A DNA stretch of 64,000 bases from the NCBI GenBank assembly GCA_043228905.1, contig JBHGNT010000015.1, positions 1,240,001 through 1,304,000 of the forward strand. Reading direction: 5' to 3'. Source of the stretch: Azolla caroliniana. Its lineage: Eukaryota; Plantae; Polypodiophyta. Below the pieces are notes generated by a model. That model was not told the origin of the DNA. It did not search any database and saw only the letters and a list, made by a program, of their open reading frames with translations. The position numbers and the translations under genes are program-made. Positions 59,999 to 64,000 of the stretch are shown one piece after another. Within the stretch, counting starts at the first letter, position 1. Each line of letters opens with the position of its first letter.

Positions 59999-61042
59999 TG
60001 TTGGCCAGTTCGGATGAACCAGGTGTGAAAAGTCTAAAGGAAGGTTACAGGTCGAATAGAAGACGGGTGGGGCTGGACGAGGTGTGAAGAGGAAAAACTT
60101 AAACGACATAAAATAGTATTAGTAGTAGTGGTTCACGTTCTAAACGTAACCGCCCATGATCCCTATAAAAAGGGACATGGGAAGAATGTAAAGGGAGTCG
60201 ATTGTAATAGTGTAAGTTGTGTCTTCTAATAGAAATCTGATTTTGCTTATACTTTGTCTCTGTCTCTATGTCGAGAGTTGTATATGTGTTGAGTTTCTTT
60301 AAGTGCTCTGGGTATCGTGCACATAACCAGTCGGTTGTAGCTGAATCAGGTTCCAGTCTCCAAAGTCTCCCCAGCCTCCACAATCGCAATAGTTCGATTC
60401 GTAGCCATGCAGGTAATCATACATGTACACGTTTTAGGTTTCGTTAGCAGAAAACTTGACTATATCACCATCTCCCTACCACAAGACCTTGAGTCAGATA
60501 CCGAAGGAACGAGTATTCGACACCGTGTTACCCTGAGCTGGTAACACTTTTGGCACGCCTGGTCGATCTGTAAAGACATAGAGAACAACAAGGGGATGGA
60601 TGTCATCTAGTCGACAAGGGAGCAAAGAGATGAGTAGACGAAGCAAACCGCATACTCGAGTAGATTCCCGATGTGCGACAGAGGATGCGTGACGGAAGTA
60701 GCGCCCACGAAGCAGTTTCTATTGGACGTCCAACAGACAGATCACAAAGAAAGTGTGGTGGAATCCACACTCATCGAGCAAATCCATCAAACGTCGGAAG
60801 CCCACTCGAAAGTGCAATCCGAACCAGTAATGACCAGTAGTTGTAGTTTTGAGGTCGATCACAATGGTGACCACACCCACCATACCACCGATCGTGACAA
60901 CAACCTAATCGGGAACACAGCCGACGTCCAGGACTACGACACAATGTCATACCCTTATCCCAGATACAATGACGAAGCGACACTTAAACATGCTCGAGGG
61001 ATGGCTTCCATGAAGGAAATGAAGTATTCAAATTTATGGTAG
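59999..61042 (+). mobile_element. Old LTR element remnant: LTR 59999-60546, PBS and a short internal fragment (possibly Tat/Ogre-like)
   Basis: TGTT...AACA ends and CTATAAAA near 60163. TGGCACGCC at 60551 resembles tRNA-Arg-type PBSs. The downstream ORF 60671-61042 is not recognisable. Confidence 0.55.
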
Positions 61043-61239
61043 TACTAGGATGTTGCCCTAAAGTTGTCATCAACAAAAGTGATAATTGAAAATATTCTAA
61101 ACAACTAATTAGGTCCTCACATTGATATTGAAAATATATTTCCATTTCGGGCTGATTATTTGTGTTGCTTGGAGTATCTCTTCACTCAAGTTTTGTATGT
61201 GATCTGTAGAATTCCTTGCCATTGTGCCGAATTGTCAAT

Positions 61240-61700
61240 TGTTATGTGAGGGATTTGAGCCCATAACAATCTTCGTGCTCATTATAATATGTGAATGTTA
61301 GCGTGCGAAAGCGTATGCCAAACCGGCTTTGCCGGAGAGTAACAGTAAAGAGAAGAAGGTTTAATGGAAGCTTAACACAGAGAATAAGCATATATAGGAG
61401 AGACAGAGAGAGAGAGAGCAGAATATAAACACGACTCAATCAAAAAATAATACTCTCAATTTTTTGTACATAGAATGTGCTCAGAGAGCACTTTTATACA
61501 AATCCATAAAGGACTGACAGAAGTACTGTCAAGTACTTCAATGCTCATACGAGCGACTGTCACTGACTCCCAAAAATATGTTGTCGAGAAATCATTGCAG
61601 AATTTAAATCACAATGAACAGACGATGCTGAAATACGAATCACACAGAAAACTATGCACAGAGATTTACGTGGAAACCCTAAAACGGGAGAAAACCACGG
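61240..61700 (-). mobile_element. Copia-type LTR fragments (one or two), the host of G4
   Basis: The reverse complement of AAGCTTCCATTA near 61361 resembles the C4 LTR, with a GA tract nearby. Motif TTTACGTGGAAACCC..GGGAGAAAACCACGG at 61665-61700 is shared with other copia LTRs here. Boundaries are uncertain. Confidence 0.55.
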
Positions 61701-64000
61701 TGTCGTGATATTAAGCAAGTGCGTGTGGAATCGAGGCGGGACCGCGGGGGTCTCGAACCAAAGAGCAAGCGAGGGAGGAGAAAGAGAGAGAACCGGCTAC
61801 GCAGGACCGGGGATACACAGGGACACGGCCCTTCAGCACGGAGAACGCGGACAGAGACCGACACAGACAGATGTGAATGACTTAATATGTATATTAAGAA
61901 AATGGCTAATCACGACTACAACCCTCGACGGGGCACAGGTTGGTTACAACCGAACAGGCCGGCGAACAGATGCCGATGCCTGTTCACTTCGACGCACAAA
62001 GGGGCTGCCGGAAGCACTCGGGCGTTCCTCGAAACAGCGCGAGCCTCCTCGGAACCCTGCACAGAAAGCTATGGAGCTCCAGAAGGAAGGAAACAGAGAG
62101 AGAGAAGCGTCCAGAAACGGTCCGACAGCACTTCGTCCTCTCCGTCCCAGATCCCCCTGCAACAGCTCTTTCCCGCTCCTTATATAGGCCGTCGAGCAGG
62201 CCGTCCTGTCAGCTTTATTCCCTGTCCCTTTTGGACAGGGATCCGCTCCGTTTTCCACGCATCCGCGTAGTTACGCCGCCGACTCGTACAGTTCGCGCGC
62301 GCGACCGAAAAGACTGTTCGCGCGGTCTTTGTCTCCACTTGAGTTAGGGCCCGTTCCTGCCGATTATCCTCCCGATTCGCTTCTATGTACAACTTGGAGC
62401 GTGCGCGCGTGAAGAACCGGTTCCCACGCCTTGGTGCGCCGATTCCGCCTATGGACGGTTTTCTTCACGACATCCGCCCCCACCTAACCGCGCATCCTCC
62501 GGTATGCGCCAAGAGAGTTGGGACGGAGAAAACCGGCCCGTCTTCATTCCTCGCCCGTCGGTTCTTCCTCGTTTTCGGATCGTTCGTCACTGCCGACCAG
62601 GAGAGCCGGGTCTGGCTCGTCGTCGTGTCGCTTCTTGAACGCTTTGATCCGCTTCCCTGCAATCGGTATCGCCACTCTCGTGCCGTCGAGTTCCGCCAGG
62701 TGATATGTCCCGTTGTCATTGGCGCTCCGTACCACGTAGGGCCCGAACCACCTTCGTGCGAACTTCCGTGTAGCTCGGTGCTGGTTGTCGAGGCTGCTGT
62801 CGTAGACGAGCACCCAGTCACCTTCTTCGATTTTCTTCGGTCGGAGCCGGTGCGTTCGGTCGAACCTGGCTTTGTTCTTTTTCCTCGCCACCCGGAGCTT
62901 CTCCGTAGCCAGTTCCACGTCCTCCGGTCTCCGCTCGAGCTGTCGTATGCGCGCGGTCAACAACTCCTCCCGGCTCATCTCGTCCCTCCAGTCGACCGTC
63001 GCCCACGAGGAGATCGTCCGTTCCATCGGCATGATCGGCTTCTGGCCGAACATGAGCTCCGTCGGCATGTACCCGGTTACCGAACTGTGCGTGGTCCGGT
63101 CCGCCCACAAGGCATAAGGTAGCAGCCACGGCCAGTTACCGATTCGGCCTCTGCATGCCCGAACCAACGCCTTGACGATCGGTCCGTGTCCGCGCTCCAC
63201 CTTTCCATTCGCCTCCGGATTGTACGCAGTGGTGAGCGCGAGCTTGACTCCCAGCCGGTCGAACAGCTCCGCGGCTTCTTCGGCGTCCAACTCCCCTCGG
63301 TCAGCCACGATCTTCCCGACGCACCCGTACCGGCATATCACGTCCTCGATTAGGAACCGGCATACGGCCGCGGTCGTTTTGTTCGGAAGGGCCCGGCCTT
63401 CCACCTGGTTCGTCAGATCCTCCCGCGCTAGGACCAGGTACCGCATCTGTCCTACACCCATTGGCATCGTTACCAGATCTACCATCCATTTGAAATGGAT
63501 GGCCGGAGGGTACGTAGGGTGAAGCTCGTCTCGATGTCGGACTAAGGAGTGCATCTGGCAGCTCTCGCAAGTTGTCACGAACCGATGCACGTCCTGGTAC
63601 TGCCCCGGCCACCAATACTTCCCCTTCAGTTTCTCAAACGTAGCCCATGTTCCACGGTGTCCAGCCCAAGGGCTGTCGTGGTAGGCCGTCAGCAGCTCCT
63701 CCCGTTCTTCCTTCATCGCCACCACCCGGAGCGGAACGCCGTTCTTCTTCTTCGGGTGCTTCCATAGACAGCCATCCCGGAGAAAGAACCGGTACGCTCT
63801 CTTCCGGATCCGGTCGGCCTCGTCCTTCGTCCATGACGCATCGGGCGTCATTGTCTTCAAAAACCCACCGATCTGCAGCCACTCCCCGTCATACTTGCTC
63901 GCGTCGAAGTCGTTAAGCGCCGGAGTGCTTGTTCTGTCTGTTGTTACATACGCAGTCTCGAAGAAGTCCACGCCGACGTCTTCGTCCTCCGAAACCATGC
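61701..64000 (-). mobile_element. G4: Ty3/gypsy element close to G1; 3' LTR 61701-62472 and integrase region, running off the window
   Basis: LTR reads TGTCGTGAAGAAAACCG...ATCACGACA on the minus strand. PPT-like tract at 62473-62489. Outer flank is ACGG (61697-61700). Confidence 0.94.
62544..63998 (-). CDS. G4 Pol C-terminal part (integrase), 5'-partial
   Basis: Open 484-codon frame with HHCC, FKWMVDLVTM, ADRGELD, NGKVERGH and WFGPY; no chromodomain seen. Confidence 0.92.
   Translation of the reverse strand: MVSEDEDVGVDFFETAYVTTDRTSTPALNDFDASKYDGEWLQIGGFLKTMTPDASWTKDEADRIRKRAYRFFLRDGCLWKHPKKKNGVPLRVVAMKEEREELLTAYHDSPWAGHRGTWATFEKLKGKYWWPGQYQDVHRFVTTCESCQMHSLVRHRDELHPTYPPAIHFKWMVDLVTMPMGVGQMRYLVLAREDLTNQVEGRALPNKTTAAVCRFLIEDVICRYGCVGKIVADRGELDAEEAAELFDRLGVKLALTTAYNPEANGKVERGHGPIVKALVRACRGRIGNWPWLLPYALWADRTTHSSVTGYMPTELMFGQKPIMPMERTISSWATVDWRDEMSREELLTARIRQLERRPEDVELATEKLRVARKKNKARFDRTHRLRPKKIEEGDWVLVYDSSLDNQHRATRKFARRWFGPYVVRSANDNGTYHLAELDGTRVAIPIAGKRIKAFKKRHDDEPDPALLVGSDERSENEEEPTGEE

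Overview
Land-plant nuclear DNA. Positions 1-49135 are one nest of LTR retrotransposons. It contains Tnt1-like Ty1/copia elements (C1-C6; tRNA-iMet PBS, 5-bp TSDs) and a non-chromoviral Ty3/gypsy family (G1-G3 plus a solo LTR; tRNA-Trp PBS, TGTCRT...GACA termini). Junctions give the nesting C1 in G1 in G2 in C2 in C3, and C5, C6 and G3 in C4 in C3. C5 is a three-LTR tandem with a chimeric middle LTR. An AT-rich stretch with a hAT-like MITE follows, then a host Dof zinc-finger gene (CDS 56469-57887) flanked by RY and TAATC motif clusters. A second nest, containing gypsy G4, starts near 60 kb. The main signal is that all five gypsy insertions sit on a 4-bp target with a central CpG (NCGN), whereas the copia-type TSDs read here contain no CpG. 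The gypsy family also has a covarying pre-PPT hairpin and a candidate -1 frameshift after protease. All calls were read by eye, with no database searches.
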